A stretch of DNA of 49,167 nucleotides from the NCBI RefSeq assembly GCF_001194135.2, contig NC_068997.1, positions 35,243,249-35,292,415 on the forward strand, written 5' to 3'. A program made the position numbers and the translations under genes. The notes below the pieces were generated by a model. It had not been told where the DNA came from. It made no database searches and saw only the letters and a list, made by a program, of their open reading frames with translations. The stretch is from Octopus bimaculoides. Its lineage: Eukaryota. Positions 25,293 through 37,551 of the stretch are shown in pieces (position 1 is the stretch's first letter; each line of letters opens with the position of its first letter).

Positions 25293-25651
25293 TGGAGGAG
25301 AGTTAGTGTAGATGAGATGCAGCTCGGATTTGTGGCAAGCAAGAACATGATTGATGCTATATTCCTGGTTAGGTAAATGCAGGAGAAGTATTTAGCCACA
25401 TAAAAAGCACCCATGTTGGTGCCGTATAAACGCACCCGTGCCAGTTCTGCATAAATGCACCTGTGTCAGTGACACGTAAAATGCACCCACCACACTTTGT
25501 TAAGTGGATGGTCTTAGCAAGGCCATCCAGCCTAGAAACCATGCTCCAACAGACAATTAGGGTCTGGACAGCTCCATGTCAAACCATCCAACCCATGCCA
25601 GCATGGAAAGCGGATGTTAAACAACGACAAGGATGATGTTGATGATCTAGA
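25293..25651 (+). mobile_element. RTE-like LINE remnant: short RT piece joined to a repeat-bearing 3'UTR and (GAT)n tail
   Basis: RVSVDEMQLGF..DAIFLVR at ~25293-25390, then TAAAxGCACC units and CCATCCAACCCATGCCAGCATGGAAAGCGGATGTTAAAC..GATGAT. Confidence 0.7.
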
Positions 25652-25659
25652 GTCTAGAT

Positions 25660-28600
25660 CAGTGTTTCCCAAACTTTTCATGCCAAATTGCAATATCGCC
25701 CACCTATTGGCCAAAAAATGCTCCTTGCCCACCTGTNNNNNNNNNNNNNNNNNNNNNNNNNNNNNNNNNNNNNNNNNNNNNNNNNNNNNNNNNNNNNNNN
25801 NNNNNNNNNNNNNNCCCCTGTATCATTTGACACACACACTATATTGTAGACTCATTGCCCTATTAGTGCCATTTGGACTAAATATGCAGTTGTTTACAAA
25901 TCCCTTATTGTGGGTTTAGTTTTGCCATTAGTGTGAATAAAATTCTAATGTTAACTCTATATTATGCAGACAGATTAACTGCGGTAAGCTTGCGCATCCT
26001 TTTACACTGATTTTTATTTTCCCAAAATGAACCACAGATCAGAACTACCAATGCAAAAATAATTAATGATTGTATTATAAAGGAAAAATAAAACTTTTTT
26101 AATGAGAACCATGTGTCTGGTGCAATGAAACTAGTGCAGAAACATTCAGTTTCAAACTTGTCAACTTTAGCAGCAAGTCTCCTCATTGTGTCACATCCAG
26201 TCCAATTCTTTTATGGGAAAGTAAAGTTCCAACATGGTTAAAAGCAAATTCAACCAGGTACGAGGTAGGGAGGGCAAGCAAAAGTAATATCAGATGTTTC
26301 CACAGATTGAGGTAGGAATTAAATATACTCTGATGGTACCACAAACCTTCTTTGCCATTACGGTGATATCACATTGTAACGTCATTGTCATTTAGAAATT
26401 CTATCAATTCCTCCTGAACGTCATCCTCGCAATCGACTGCATCAACTTCATACAGATTGCTATACCAATTTGGAATATTCAGTGCAATAACATCTTGAAA
26501 TTGCTCCACCATGTTATTGTGCAATGATTGTAAATAGTTGCGATATGTAGTTAAATCGTCATCAACCAATTCATCTTTCAAAGAATCAAGTTGTGGAAAT
26601 TGATGGAATTAATGTTTCGAAATGTTAGTCTTATACAACACTAATTTCGAAATGAGGGCAGTGATAAATAAATGATTTACAATCAATGAGAGTTTTTCTG
26701 TTCCCTTGCAATAACTTAATCAAATCATTTAATTTTGTGAATATATCACAAAGAAAAAAGGCATAGCACCTTGCAGCCATCAATGAAGTGGATAGTGGAG
26801 TATCTTCAAAGAAAAAGATATTATATAAAACAGTTCAACAAAGCGTAAAAACAGTTTCCTTTTGACAGCCACCACACTTTGGTATGGTATAAGAGTTGAG
26901 TATGATCGTCATCATTTCTCAGACAGAGTTGACAGAAAATTCGATCAGACAAGGGACTGGACTTCAATTTGTTCAGTCTTGATAACTAACTGTAGTGCAT
27001 CATTCAATCTACTGTTCATATTTTTTTGTCACTAAATGCTGCCGGTGTGCCATGCAATGAACAGTTAGTATCTGGTGAGAAATTTCACGCTTTAGGAGAG
27101 ATGAAAAACCTCTGTATCTTCCTATCATCGAAGGGGTCCCATCAGATGCACAGGCCAGGCAAGAATATTACTGAGTGGGATATTATGTTAAAAAAGAAAA
27201 GACTTGAGAGTGAAAAAAATAGATGCACCTTTTGAATCAAGCAGCAATTTCTCCGTGAACAGCATTTCCTCACAAATTTGAAGGTTTTTGCTGAAATACT
27301 GAACATATACCATCATCAAACATTGATTGTCCACAGCAGTTGACTCATCCACTTGTATAGAAAATTCAGAACGCAGGAGAATATCAATGAGCTGATGTTT
27401 GACATCGTTGGCCATTTCATTGATGCATAGAGAAATTGTGCTATTACTGAGTGGGATCATCTTCATGATGTTATCAGGTTTTTCATGCATAACAGTTGAC
27501 AAAACCTCTTCAATAACTGGGTGAAGTAATGTTTCTCCAATTGTCTGAGACTTCCCAGACTTAGCAACAAGCAATGCCATGTTGTACGATGCAATCAAAC
27601 CATCATTCTCCTGTTTACTAGTCTCCTGGAGTAGCATGTTGAATGCTTGTATTTGCTTTTTGAAAGAGGCATTCAGTTACAAAAAGTATGACAATGGCTT
27701 GTCCTTCTTGTCAGAATGTTTTGCATCAATGTGATACTTCAAGCATGAAGGTTTCATTGCTTTGTTGGTCAATTTTTGATGGCAAAGAAGACACATTGGT
27801 AACTGACAGTTCTGAATAGAAGGAATAAATCCAAACAATAAATAATCACTACTGTACTGTTGACAAATTTTCTTGACTGGAGGTAACAGTAAAGTGAAAA
27901 GGTGAAAACAAATTTCTACAGATGGCATCAGAAAGGGAGTATGGTTTTCCCAAAAAGAAGAAGTCAATAGAACAGAGTCAGATGACACGTCTTTACTGGA
28001 GCAAATACAGATCTAGTTCGTTTGGCTGCTAGCATTTCAAAAATTGAAGTCTACCGAAAATTTTAAAATTTGGCACATTAATGTACCTTTCCAAGCTAAA
28101 TTGCTGGAGTCATTCAACTTCTTCCAGAAAATGTTTCTAAAAAGTTATAGAGGTTTAAAGTTTGATCATTTTCACCCAGTCAAGAAACATGATTTCAAAG
28201 CTGTCATTTTGTGCATGACTACATTTTGCCAACATCCTGAAAATAGCACTTGTGTTTTGATATGAAGCCAGAGAATTACACACAACATATGTAACCCCTC
28301 ATAACTTTTTATTTTTCAGAAAATTTTAGCAAATTTGAATTCTATACATGGGACTTTATATGATTATGCCAAAAACTAAAAAAAAAAAAAAAATTGTGGT
28401 GAAGTGTGATTTAAGGCTTAGGCCTATTTGGCTACTATTTTTAGCACATATGACAACCATCTCAATAACTGCGACAAAAATATTCGATTGATTAGCAAGT
28501 CCGCCTTTTTAATACAAAGCAACGTCTCATGCAAGTAAAAGTGCATCCTAGATATCAGTAAATGCAGACTTACTTTCTAAAAATTCATTGTCACCCACAA

Positions 28601-28715
28601 AATGTTCATATCACCCACCAAAATCTCAAATTGCCCACCATTTCCTACAAAATCGCCCAACTGTAAGTTGAAATCACCCACCGGTGGGTGATATCACCCA
28701 CTTTGGGAAGCTATG
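25660..28715 (-). mobile_element. hAT transposon of the Buster/Charlie (ZBED5/SCAND3-like) group, degenerate
   Basis: Perfect 8-bp TSD GTCTAGAT (25652-25659, 28716-28723) with central TA. Termini CAGTGTTTCCCAAA / TTTGGGAAGCTATG. ORFs 27677-27988 (PMCLLC..H..KH, BED-like), 27188-27637 (IPLSNSTI, FSIQVDEST) and 26369-26581. Confidence 0.92.
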
Positions 28716-28756
28716 GTCTAGATCATCATCATCATCCTTATTATTGTTTAACATCC

Positions 28757-29150
28757 ATAGGAGTGGCTGTGTGGTAAGTAGCTTGCTTACCAACCACATG
28801 GTTCAGGGTTCAGTCCCACTGCATGACACCTTGGGCAAGTGTCTTCTACTATAGCCTCAGGCCGACCAAAGCCTTGAGTGGATTTGGTAGATGGAAACTG
28901 AAAGAAGCCTGTCGTATATATGTATATACATATGTGTGTGTGTATATGTTTGTGTGTCTTTGTTTGTCCCCCAACATCGCTTGACAACCGATGCTGGTGT
29001 GTTTACGTCCCCGTAACTTAACGGTTTGGCAAAAGAGTACAATAGAATAAGTACTAGGCTTACAAAGAATAAGTCCTGGGGTCAATTTGCTCGACTAAAA
29101 GAGGTGCTCCAGCATGGCCATAGTCAAATGACTGAAACAAGTTAAAAGAG
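28757..29150 (+). mobile_element. Full-length tRNA-derived SINE
   Basis: ATAGGAGTGGCTGTGTGGTAAGTAG..GGGTTCAGTCCC head, central (TA/TG)n, tail GGTGCTCCAGCATGGCCATAGTCAAATGACTGAAACAAGTTAAAAGAG. Confidence 0.92.
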
Positions 29151-29931
29151 TATCCGCTTTCTGTCTAGATTCTAGACAATATGCAAATTGAACAATTGTT
29201 CAACTAAAAATAAAAACAAATTTTTTGACATTATAGAATGTACACAATAAAATTCAAGCCTATTTTATATGGAAAACACCATATACATAATACAGAACAA
29301 ATATATAAGTGTCATTTCTTAAAATACATCCTGATAGTTCACAAAGTTGAAGTTCTTTCAAGGATTTGGTAAATAATATCTAAGAAGCAGATTAACAAAT
29401 GATTCTTAACTGACATGAATTTTTTTTTTACAGGATACCCCTGCTCATATCATGTTTTAGTATGCATTTCATTTTACAATTACCACATTAAAGTTAAAAT
29501 AGTGAACAGATTGGATTTCTCAAACTCTTCATAACTTTATAGCTTTCACTACCTACTTAAATTTTTAAAGAATATTTCTTGAAGTAAAACAAGATTTTCA
29601 ACATATTTTCACATGATAAATAAATATTACTTATGAGCATTAATTCTTCATTTGTTTCTAAAGAGATTACTGTGGTATAATATTAGCATGAAAATTCAAT
29701 TCTATAAAACCTAGTCGAAAAGGGCTTGAAAAAGAAAACTGTGACTACTTCAATGTTAAGTAAATATTATTTAAAAAATCAAAATTGAACTTTTGAACAA
29801 AATTCAATGAGCCAATATAAACTTTTTTTTTTTTAAATAAGGTCATGTATGACAAAAAGAGAAAAATATCTACAAAAGCATCTAAATTCTAATTAGTCTA
29901 ACAGTCACTCACCAATGAAGAAATACAAAGT

Positions 29932-30062
29932 TCAACCAATAAAATTCATCACTACCAAATGAAGGATGATGTTGGCAAATGTAAAATCTGCAAAAGCTCT
30001 CTCAGGACTGATACTGGTGAAATCTGATTTATTTTGAGGATTTACCTGCAGTCGAAGACACA
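29932..30062 (-). CDS. DAD1: DAD1/OST2 coding exon 2 (oligosaccharyltransferase subunit)
   Basis: Acceptor TTTTTTTATTCTTTCAG at 30063 and above. Spliced phase-1 translation [43 protein letters not shown], stop 29934-29932. 211+131 nt gives 113 aa. GTGAGT donor at 29912, 19 nt after the stop. Confidence 0.97.
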
Positions 30063-30913
30063 CTGAAAGAATAAAAAAAAATCAAGAAATCTCAAAATAC
30101 TTGAGCTAAAGAATATATTATGTGATATCTGGGACACATATACTATTAAATGAAATAAAAACAAGAGCTAATAAAACTAGTCAGAACCAGGAAGATTAAT
30201 GGGGAAAGTAGACTTTCTTTGTGGTAGATGTGCAAGAGCAATAAACACTAAAAATTATGGGACATTTTCTCAAATATCCAGGACAATCCCCATTAATCTT
30301 GCAGGCCCTAACCAGCTTGACATAGAATTAAATACTGATGTAAATAATATCATTGGGGAAAATTTGAATATCATAGCAGGGTCTTGTCTCTCCTTTCCAT
30401 TTTTTCCTATAAAAAGGGAGGCTTTGTATGCACTTCAAACAAATAGTGTGATTATAGTAACCAACCAAAAATATGAAAAATTTAACACATTCTCTTGTGG
30501 TGACTGATATTGTATGTAGTTGGGATGCTACCCATTTGAATGAATTCTGTCAATTACTGGATTGGAAATATTTCCTCTGCTTTAATTATCAAAAGTAAGC
30601 TGCCTTTGACCTACACACAAACATCATATAAAACTGTATCACATGATCTCTTTATCGTCTCCCCTCTCCTGTCTTTTTTATGTCTATTCATCATCTCAGT
30701 AAGGTTTGCTATTTCCTATTACTGACAAAACCAGGTGAGTAGTATCATGGAATTTGAAGTTCTTGGACTTTAAACACAGCAAAACTACATGGATTCTCGT
30801 CTCCAGAGTTAATGGGAAAATTTTCATTATTTACGTGTTCTTTTCTGTTACTTCTCATTTTCCACTTTAAATTTTTACTACACATACACTGATTTTATAT
30901 ATACATATATATA

Positions 30914-31250
30914 CAGCGTCGCCTTACTGGAACTTGTGCTGGTGGCACGTGAACAAAACATTTGAGCAAGGTCATTGACAGTGCTGCTGAACTGACTCCT
31001 GTGCAGGTGGCACATAAAAAAAAACACCATTTGAGCGTGGCCGTTGCCAGTACCGCCAGACTGGCCATCGTGCCGGTGGCACATAAAGGCACCCACTACA
31101 CTCTCAGAGTGGTTGGTATTAGGAAGGGCATCCAGCTGTAGAAACTTGGCCAGATCAGATTGGAGCCTGGTGCAGCCATCCGGTTCGCCAGTCCTCAGTC
31201 AAATCGTCCAACCCATGCTAGCATGGAAAGCGGACGTTAAACGAAACGAC
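30914..31250 (+). mobile_element. RTE-type 3'UTR element (GTGGCACRTAAAA repeats and tail)
   Basis: GGTGGCAC units, AGGAAGGGCATCCAGCTGTAGAAAC and CCAACCCATGCTAGCATGGAAAGCGGACGTTAAAC; same tail as ~25590-25620 and the reverse complement of ~40140-40260. Confidence 0.8.
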
Positions 31251-31759
31251 AAACACATACACACATATATGGAGAGAGAGATGGGAGGGGAATGGTACTT
31301 GTAGCTGTATGCTTTTGAAGCTAACCATACTGACACTGACTTCCAGTACAAAACAGAAATGATATGGAGAATAGTAGCTCCAGATCTTTATTATTTTCTT
31401 CACATTGTTTAATTTTGTTGTAATTTTCAATACTGATGTAGTTTTGCATGCTAATGAGAAAGATCCCATTCATTTTCACATAGATTAATAACAAAAAAGT
31501 TACAAACCTTCAAATTTTGAAAGTTTAACCAATCAACATAACCAGAATTCACACCTGTCATGTTTCCATAATAACAATAAAATAGTCACCTATTTTCATA
31601 ATAGCAACCATAACCACTTGTTATGCTTCCTGTTTTCAACCAGGTGTTTGAATCAGTACAATAAACCATATTTTTGTAGTTTTTTTTGTTTGCTTTTTAA
31701 TACAAACTTTATTTTAGTAAAAGAGCATTTCAAAACTTTGTGGAAGATATAAAGGAAGA

Positions 31760-32520
31760 CAGTAATTTTTCCCAAGAGAAGGCAAAATGCCAAAGATATG
31801 TGCCACAAACATGAAAGTAATTCATGTCAATGTCTATAGGCACTGCAACAAAAATGTCATGAATGTGAGTCTGTGAGAAAAGGCACATGTTTGGAAGGTA
31901 GCACTCTTCTCGGAAGAGTGGCTGTTTCCATATTCCTAGGTTAAAGAATTCACCACTGGGGAGGTGTTGTGCATTAATAGCAGAACTGTTGTTGGTAACA
32001 ACTATGTCCATGAAATATGTGCCGAAGACTACTCCATAACCCATTAGATTCATTGCCCTAGAACCATTGTTGAAATTGATGAAACAGTGTTCTTGTGATG
32101 AAAATACAACTGACGAGGAGTGCTACTTGAACAGTGGGTTTTCAGCAATGTGTTCCATGAGACACATCAGGTATTTCTATATACTGTCTTGTTGCAGTAG
32201 TGATACACTGGAAGTGTGTATTCAACAGTAGGTTCTTCTGGGAACCACTACATACAGTAACCTATGGCAAGTATACATGCATGTTCTTGAGATACCAAGG
32301 TACAAATTTCTGAATCACAGCAATAAGTTTATTAATATGCAAGATAGGACCAACCAGCACCAAGTGGAAAGCACTTGGGGTCTACCTCAGACAAGGAAAT
32401 AGTGTTCTTTATTAACTTTGTGACTCTCTGCCCAAGATTACTGGGTATCATTATCAAGTGGTCTGTACGAAGAGCGAGTGTTGAGAATTGTTTTGTGAGG
32501 TTTTCACTGTGAAAATCCAC
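31760..32520 (+). pseudogene. Merlin (IS1016/ISXO2-like) transposase fossil
   Basis: Plus-strand motifs across frameshifts: IVEIDETVF (32066-32092), KYN, EQWVFS, GTTTYSNLWQVY (~GTTI.SD.W..Y), LNHS and HQVESTWG (~32358-32381). Confidence 0.8.
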
Positions 32521-33135
32521 TTGAACAGTGGTAAATTTATTCCACCAATTGATGTATTCTTTATGTGCCCATACAGGGCGAAGGCATTTTTCAATTTTTT
32601 CCTGTGCTGCATTCTCGGGTTTTTTTTCGTTTTTGTACTCAATATTTTGTAGATGATGGTTTTTTTTGTGTGTTTGTTCTGATATATTCTGAGGGATGTG
32701 TAAGTGTAAATTTTCACCTTCTTTTGTGAGCAGTGTTTTTGCCTTTTTGATTTGTTGGGCATTCATGTTTACGTTTGAATTTGTGTGAGATTTCTCTTTT
32801 CATTCCTTCTTTCATGAAGTTGTGGTGAAGGCAGTGTAAGAAACTCGATATCAAACAAGTTTCCAAGGAGACTGGCGTTTCTTACAAAACTGTCTTCATG
32901 GCTTGAAGACGCCACCCTCGAATGTAAAATGGCTAAGCAAGCCAAAAACAAATTCACAAAATCAGGAAACACACCATGTAGGGCAGATTTCCTGTGAAAA
33001 CAATTTGCACGATCGAATCTATTAGTTGTTACACAACTTCTACATAAAAAATATTATACAAGACTTTTGAAGGCAAAAAAAAAGAAAGCAAACTTACTAT
33101 GAGTTGATGTGACTATCGTCCGTCCGTAAGATATA

Positions 33136-33259
33136 TAGACAGACAGACAGATAGATAGATAAGGTATACAGACAGACAGACAGATAACCAGACAGACAGA
33201 TAACCAGACAGACAGATAACCAGACAGACAGACAGAAAGGTAGATAGACAGATAGATAA
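33136..33259. repeat. Compound (ACAG/ATAG)n tetranucleotide tract at the LINE 3' end
   Basis: Direct reading; abuts the AATAAA-bearing 3' end of the minus-strand LINE. Confidence 0.9.
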
Positions 33260-36200
33260 CTTTCTTTATTGGCCACACAGGGCTGAACACAGAGGGGACA
33301 AATACAAATGTAGAGCTTTTCTTTTCGAAAATGAAAAAGAAAAGGGGGGAAAATGAGAGAAAAAAAGTTAAATTCTGATCAAAAGGGATCGGGGAAAAAA
33401 AAAATGATCAAAATGGATCGTGTATCACAAAATTTTAAAAATGTAAAAAGCAAGATTAGGTTTATATGTGGAAAGAAAAGCCTACGGAAAAGACTACAGT
33501 AACCTCAGGCAGGGAGGGAATAGACACATGAGAGCAAAGTGCTCTCTCTCTCTCTTTTTTCGATTTACAGGATCATGCTCGAAGTGGTTTCGTCATTCAC
33601 ATGAACCATCTTCGCTACATTCACCCACCTTTTTTTGAAACTCAGGGTGCCATTCGCCTAGCCTCGGTCATTGCTTGATCCACGACTGCAGTTCGGCCAA
33701 GGAGACAAACTGTGAGAAAGTGCGCCGCACAAACAGTGACCACACCTGTTCACCGTCATCTACGAAGTGCCGAAGATGTTGCAGTCTCAGCACATGTCTG
33801 CACATCATCAACCATGGCATGCCTAGCCCTCCATTTAGTGGGTGTTGACAGCAAATGGATTGCCTAACCATTGGAATGCTTCCCTTCCACAAGAAGCAGA
33901 AGAGTATGCATTCCAGTTTGGTGATGGTAGGGTCGGGACAAGGCACGACAGTCAGATGGTACTCAATGATGGATGCAATGTACATGTTCGCCACCTCCGC
34001 CCGACCTTTTAGGGATAGCTTCCTCTCAGCCTATTTCTGGGTGAGAGTGGCCATCCTAGTCGTTATTTCACCCTAGTTCTTATCCATTTGGAGGTCCGGA
34101 CTGAACCAGACTCCAAGCAATTTAACCAGTCCGTCAGTCCAGCATCCCACGATGGAGACGCTGTTGGATGGCATGGACTTGCTTCTCCAGGTCCCGAGCC
34201 GCAAGCCCACTGACTTTTCTCAGTTAATTTTTGCTCCTGTTACTGCTTCGTATACTTTTAATGGTCGATGTGCTTGTGACTCGACACTATGACGGTGACG
34301 TCATCTGCGTATGCAGACACGCTCCTCCAACATCTCAGTTCTCTTGAGGTGCCCCTCAGCATCGCCAGCTTCCGCAGTAGTGGTTCAAGAGTCAATACAT
34401 ACGGAAGCGATGAGAGGGGATATCCTTGATGAACCGAACACATGGTGTTAAATGGTCTGGATAGATGACCATTTACATGAACTACCAAGTGGATGCCGCT
34501 ATATAAGGCAGCTATCCAGCCGCCGAAGACGGGACCAAAACCAGCCACTCTAAGGACAGCCTCCAAGTAGTGATGGTCTACCCTATCGAAAGCTTTTGAT
34601 TGATCTAAATTGATCAGCGCTTCACCCATGCCAGGTTCCTTAACTACCCTGTCTATGATATAGCATATCAGATGGAGGTTGTCATGGATGCTCCTACCCA
34701 GCACAGCGTATGTTTGCGCCTTGTCGACTAGTTTCTTGATGACAAGTGCCAATCTCTCAGCTAACACGTTGGCCAAAATTTTCAAATCTGCATTGAGCAG
34801 AGTGATGGGCCTGAAGTTATCTATGATGTTCTCCTTGTTTGGGTCTTTCTTTAGTAGTGCCACCACTCCTCGCTTTACAAAAACAGGGATACTCCCGTTT
34901 TGCTGTCAGATGCCAAGACACCTCCAAACGTCTTTAATGTCTGGTATATGACATTAAAGTTCGTAGGGCAGACCATCCAAGCCTGGTAACTTGTCTCCCG
35001 CACAGCCTGCCATCGCATCTTGTACATCCGTAGCTGTGATGGGTCTTTCACAACACTCCGCCTCTCTTGCTGAGAGTCATGGCAGGCCATGCAGGTAGGC
35101 ACTAAAGTCCACTCTGCATTCTGACCCACCGGTTGTCCAGAACAGTCGAGCAGAGTATTGTTGAAAGGCTTCATACATCCTTTCAGGCTCGAGTAATTTA
35201 CGCCCCTGTTCATCTGTCTGAGACCTAATGGTGGCTCTGTTGCTTCATTGCCGCCTCCACCATTCAGGTGGCTCCAACTCCTTCGTTCCTCAGAGCACGC
35301 ATCCTTGTGTTTAGCATTGAAGTGTTGGTTGAGGGCCAACCTCACTGCCAGTACATTGGACGCGGTGCCAGTTCTAAGTGCCTCTTCTAATTTCTTAACT
35401 AGGTCTCCCTCTATTCTATTTTGGTCTAATGCTAGGGCCTTACTGTACCTAACCGATTCTGCTTTAATTGCTTTCTTTAGGGCATACCACCATCTGTTGT
35501 TGATGATGGCACCCGTCAATGCTCTCTTAACTAACGTGCTAATCCGGTCCCTGTAAGCCTGGCATGCCATGAACGACGCATTCAGCTTCCAGTAACCGGG
35601 ACCCTGCCTATGTGTCTTATCTAAGTCAAGTGTACAAGTCACAAATTTGTGGTCTGTGTAGCTGATGATATGGAATTGTGGACAACCTACACTATCCTTA
35701 TCCACTGTCCTATAGAATACTCTAAATACAATCTGGACAACCCGATGCGGTTGCCCCATGTCCACATTGGCACATTCGGGTGGTCCAGTCGGTACCTGTT
35801 AGACAGTTGGAAACGTCTGAGCATGTCTCTGAGGCATTTGCATCCCCTTCAATTACTATCTCTGCCCACGTAGTCTAGATGCATGTCCAGGCTAGTGTTC
35901 CAATCCCCCACTAAAAGTAAAGGTCGAGACGTTCCCAAGAAGACCTCTAGACGTCGAAAGAAATGTGGCCGACCTGTAAAGGACAGTGCAAAAACTGTTA
36001 TCAGTCAAAAAGCACACCTATTGCTGCCATCGACATCCAAGACAACCAGCCTACCCTCCAGGTCTAGGAAAATTACTCTTACTTTGAGGTCTCGACTCTT
36101 CTGAAGAAGCACCGCAGTGCCATCTCCACCCATTCTCGGCAGACACGGAGAAAAATAAATGTTGAAATGTCAACCGAACATGTGCTGGAGTGCCCGCAGG

Positions 36201-36480
36201 CTGTGGAGTCTGGTCTCGCTGATGGTTATGATATGCAGATTTTGTGACTTGATGTCATCTAACAAGTAGCCAGGTTTCCAAGGCGACCCCAAGTCACATA
36301 CATTTATACTACCTATTTTGAGCATGTTCCTATCGAAAGTTGTATTTTACACACGAAAGGAAGATGAAAGAGAAAGAGAGTCACTTACTGTCTGAAAGTT
36401 CTTTGTTCTTCACCTCACAATCTTCTCCCAGGTTTTGTAGATTTTTAGACAGGTATTTTTGAAATCTCCTAACTGCATCC
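33260..36480 (-). mobile_element. L1/Tx1-like LINE, ORF2 (APE and RT) with disablements and 3'UTR
   Basis: ORF2 start MLKIGSINVCDLG at 36325. APE-linker IDRV..SYTDHKFV..GPGYWKLNAS (34875-35765). RT FRPITLLNADLKILA, LDQSKAFDRVDH, QGYPLS, AYADDV (34258-34866). Minus-strand AATAAA at 33265-33270. Confidence 0.93.
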
Positions 36481-36614
36481 GGGTAGAGAGATTTCAGTGT
36501 GCTGTGTTATGTGTATGATTTTAATGTGCTGTGGTGGTGTTGTGTGGTGTCGTGCGCAACTGCACTAGCGAGTCGTAACTAGTTGATCCTACGACTACCC
36601 TTTTTTTTTTAAAC

Positions 36615-37099
36615 GGCGATCTTTCGGTACTAGTCCGCCACAACTTCTGGTCGTTGCGTGCACGCATACTGATTACATGATCGTATAGTGTGTTTATGTG
36701 TTTAAAGTTTCAGTTCAGATGGCACCTTACTCACTTGCACCTTGGCCACACGTTTGCCGCAGTACGAAGGCAAGAGCACCCATTCCTGTCCTTATTGCCT
36801 CTGTGTAGTGCTTTATTGCTTCCTCCTCCATTGTGAAGTGCACCTCCACAGTGGCGTATCTCCTCCCTATACTGATTACATGATCATATAGTGTGTTTAT
36901 GTGTTTAAAGTTTGAGAACTGTATGCATCTGAGGGGGAGAAGGTTTGAGTTTAGTGGGCCATTCATTTTTTTTTTCTATTTAATGTTGTCTTTTCATATT
37001 TTCAAGTCATTTAAAAACAAACGCACTATACGATAATGTAATCAGTATGCGTTCGCGCAACGACCGGAAGTTATGGTGGACTAGTATCGAAAGATCGCT
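36615..37099. mobile_element. MITE with ~80-bp terminal inverted repeats
   Basis: GCGATCTTTCGGTACTAGTCCGCCACAACTTCTGGTCGTTGCG..TATAGTGTGTTT (36616-36695) is the near reverse complement of 37018-37098. No TSD found. Confidence 0.8.
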
Positions 37100-37138
37100 A
37101 TTGGTGGACTTGGGCACATCATGGAAATAGATGAATTT

Positions 37139-37551
37139 GGTACTACTAAAGAAGAGTGGTCCCCAACGCGCACCCGCGCAGTCGTGTGTCCGAGCTAGTT
37201 AGTCGTGAATAGTCGATCCTACAAGTGCGCGTATGCAAACTATTTTTATTCGATTTGTTTTTTATTATTTATTTACGTTGTTTAGAAGTTAACAAAAACA
37301 GGTAGAGTGTCGATTTGTTTTTTTTATTTATTTACGTTGTTTAGAAAAAAAAATTATTTACTTTGTTTAAAAAAAAATTGTTTAATTATATTTGTTTAAA
37401 AAAAAAGTATTTTTGATAATATATTCAGCCATTTCAGCCGTAAAAGAGCGCGCATGTATTCATTTGCATATGCGCACTCGCATTTGTTGTAGGATCGACT
37501 ACTCACGACTAGCTAGCGCGGGTGCGCGTTGGGGACCACACTTCTTTAGTA
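37139..37551. mobile_element. MITE with ~90-bp TIRs starting GGTACT (Merlin-like terminus)
   Basis: Left GGTACTACTAAAGAAGAGTGGTCCCCAACGCGCACCCGCGC..GTCGATCCTACAA versus right TTGTAGGATCGACTACTCACGACTAGCTAGCGCGGGTGCGCGTTGGGGACCACACTTCTTTAGTA. A further right-arm copy at ~37705-37787 and a decayed left arm at ~36552-36598. Confidence 0.8.

Noticed and set aside
29188-29203. 16-bp palindrome TTGAACAATTGTTCAA
   Set aside because: AT-rich and isolated; it may relate to the nearby hAT footprint but cannot be supported separately.
32332-32766. 144-aa minus-strand ORF as a novel gene
   Set aside because: It partly overlaps the antisense of the Merlin transposase end, is low complexity (K/N-rich from T-runs) and has no splice or homology support.
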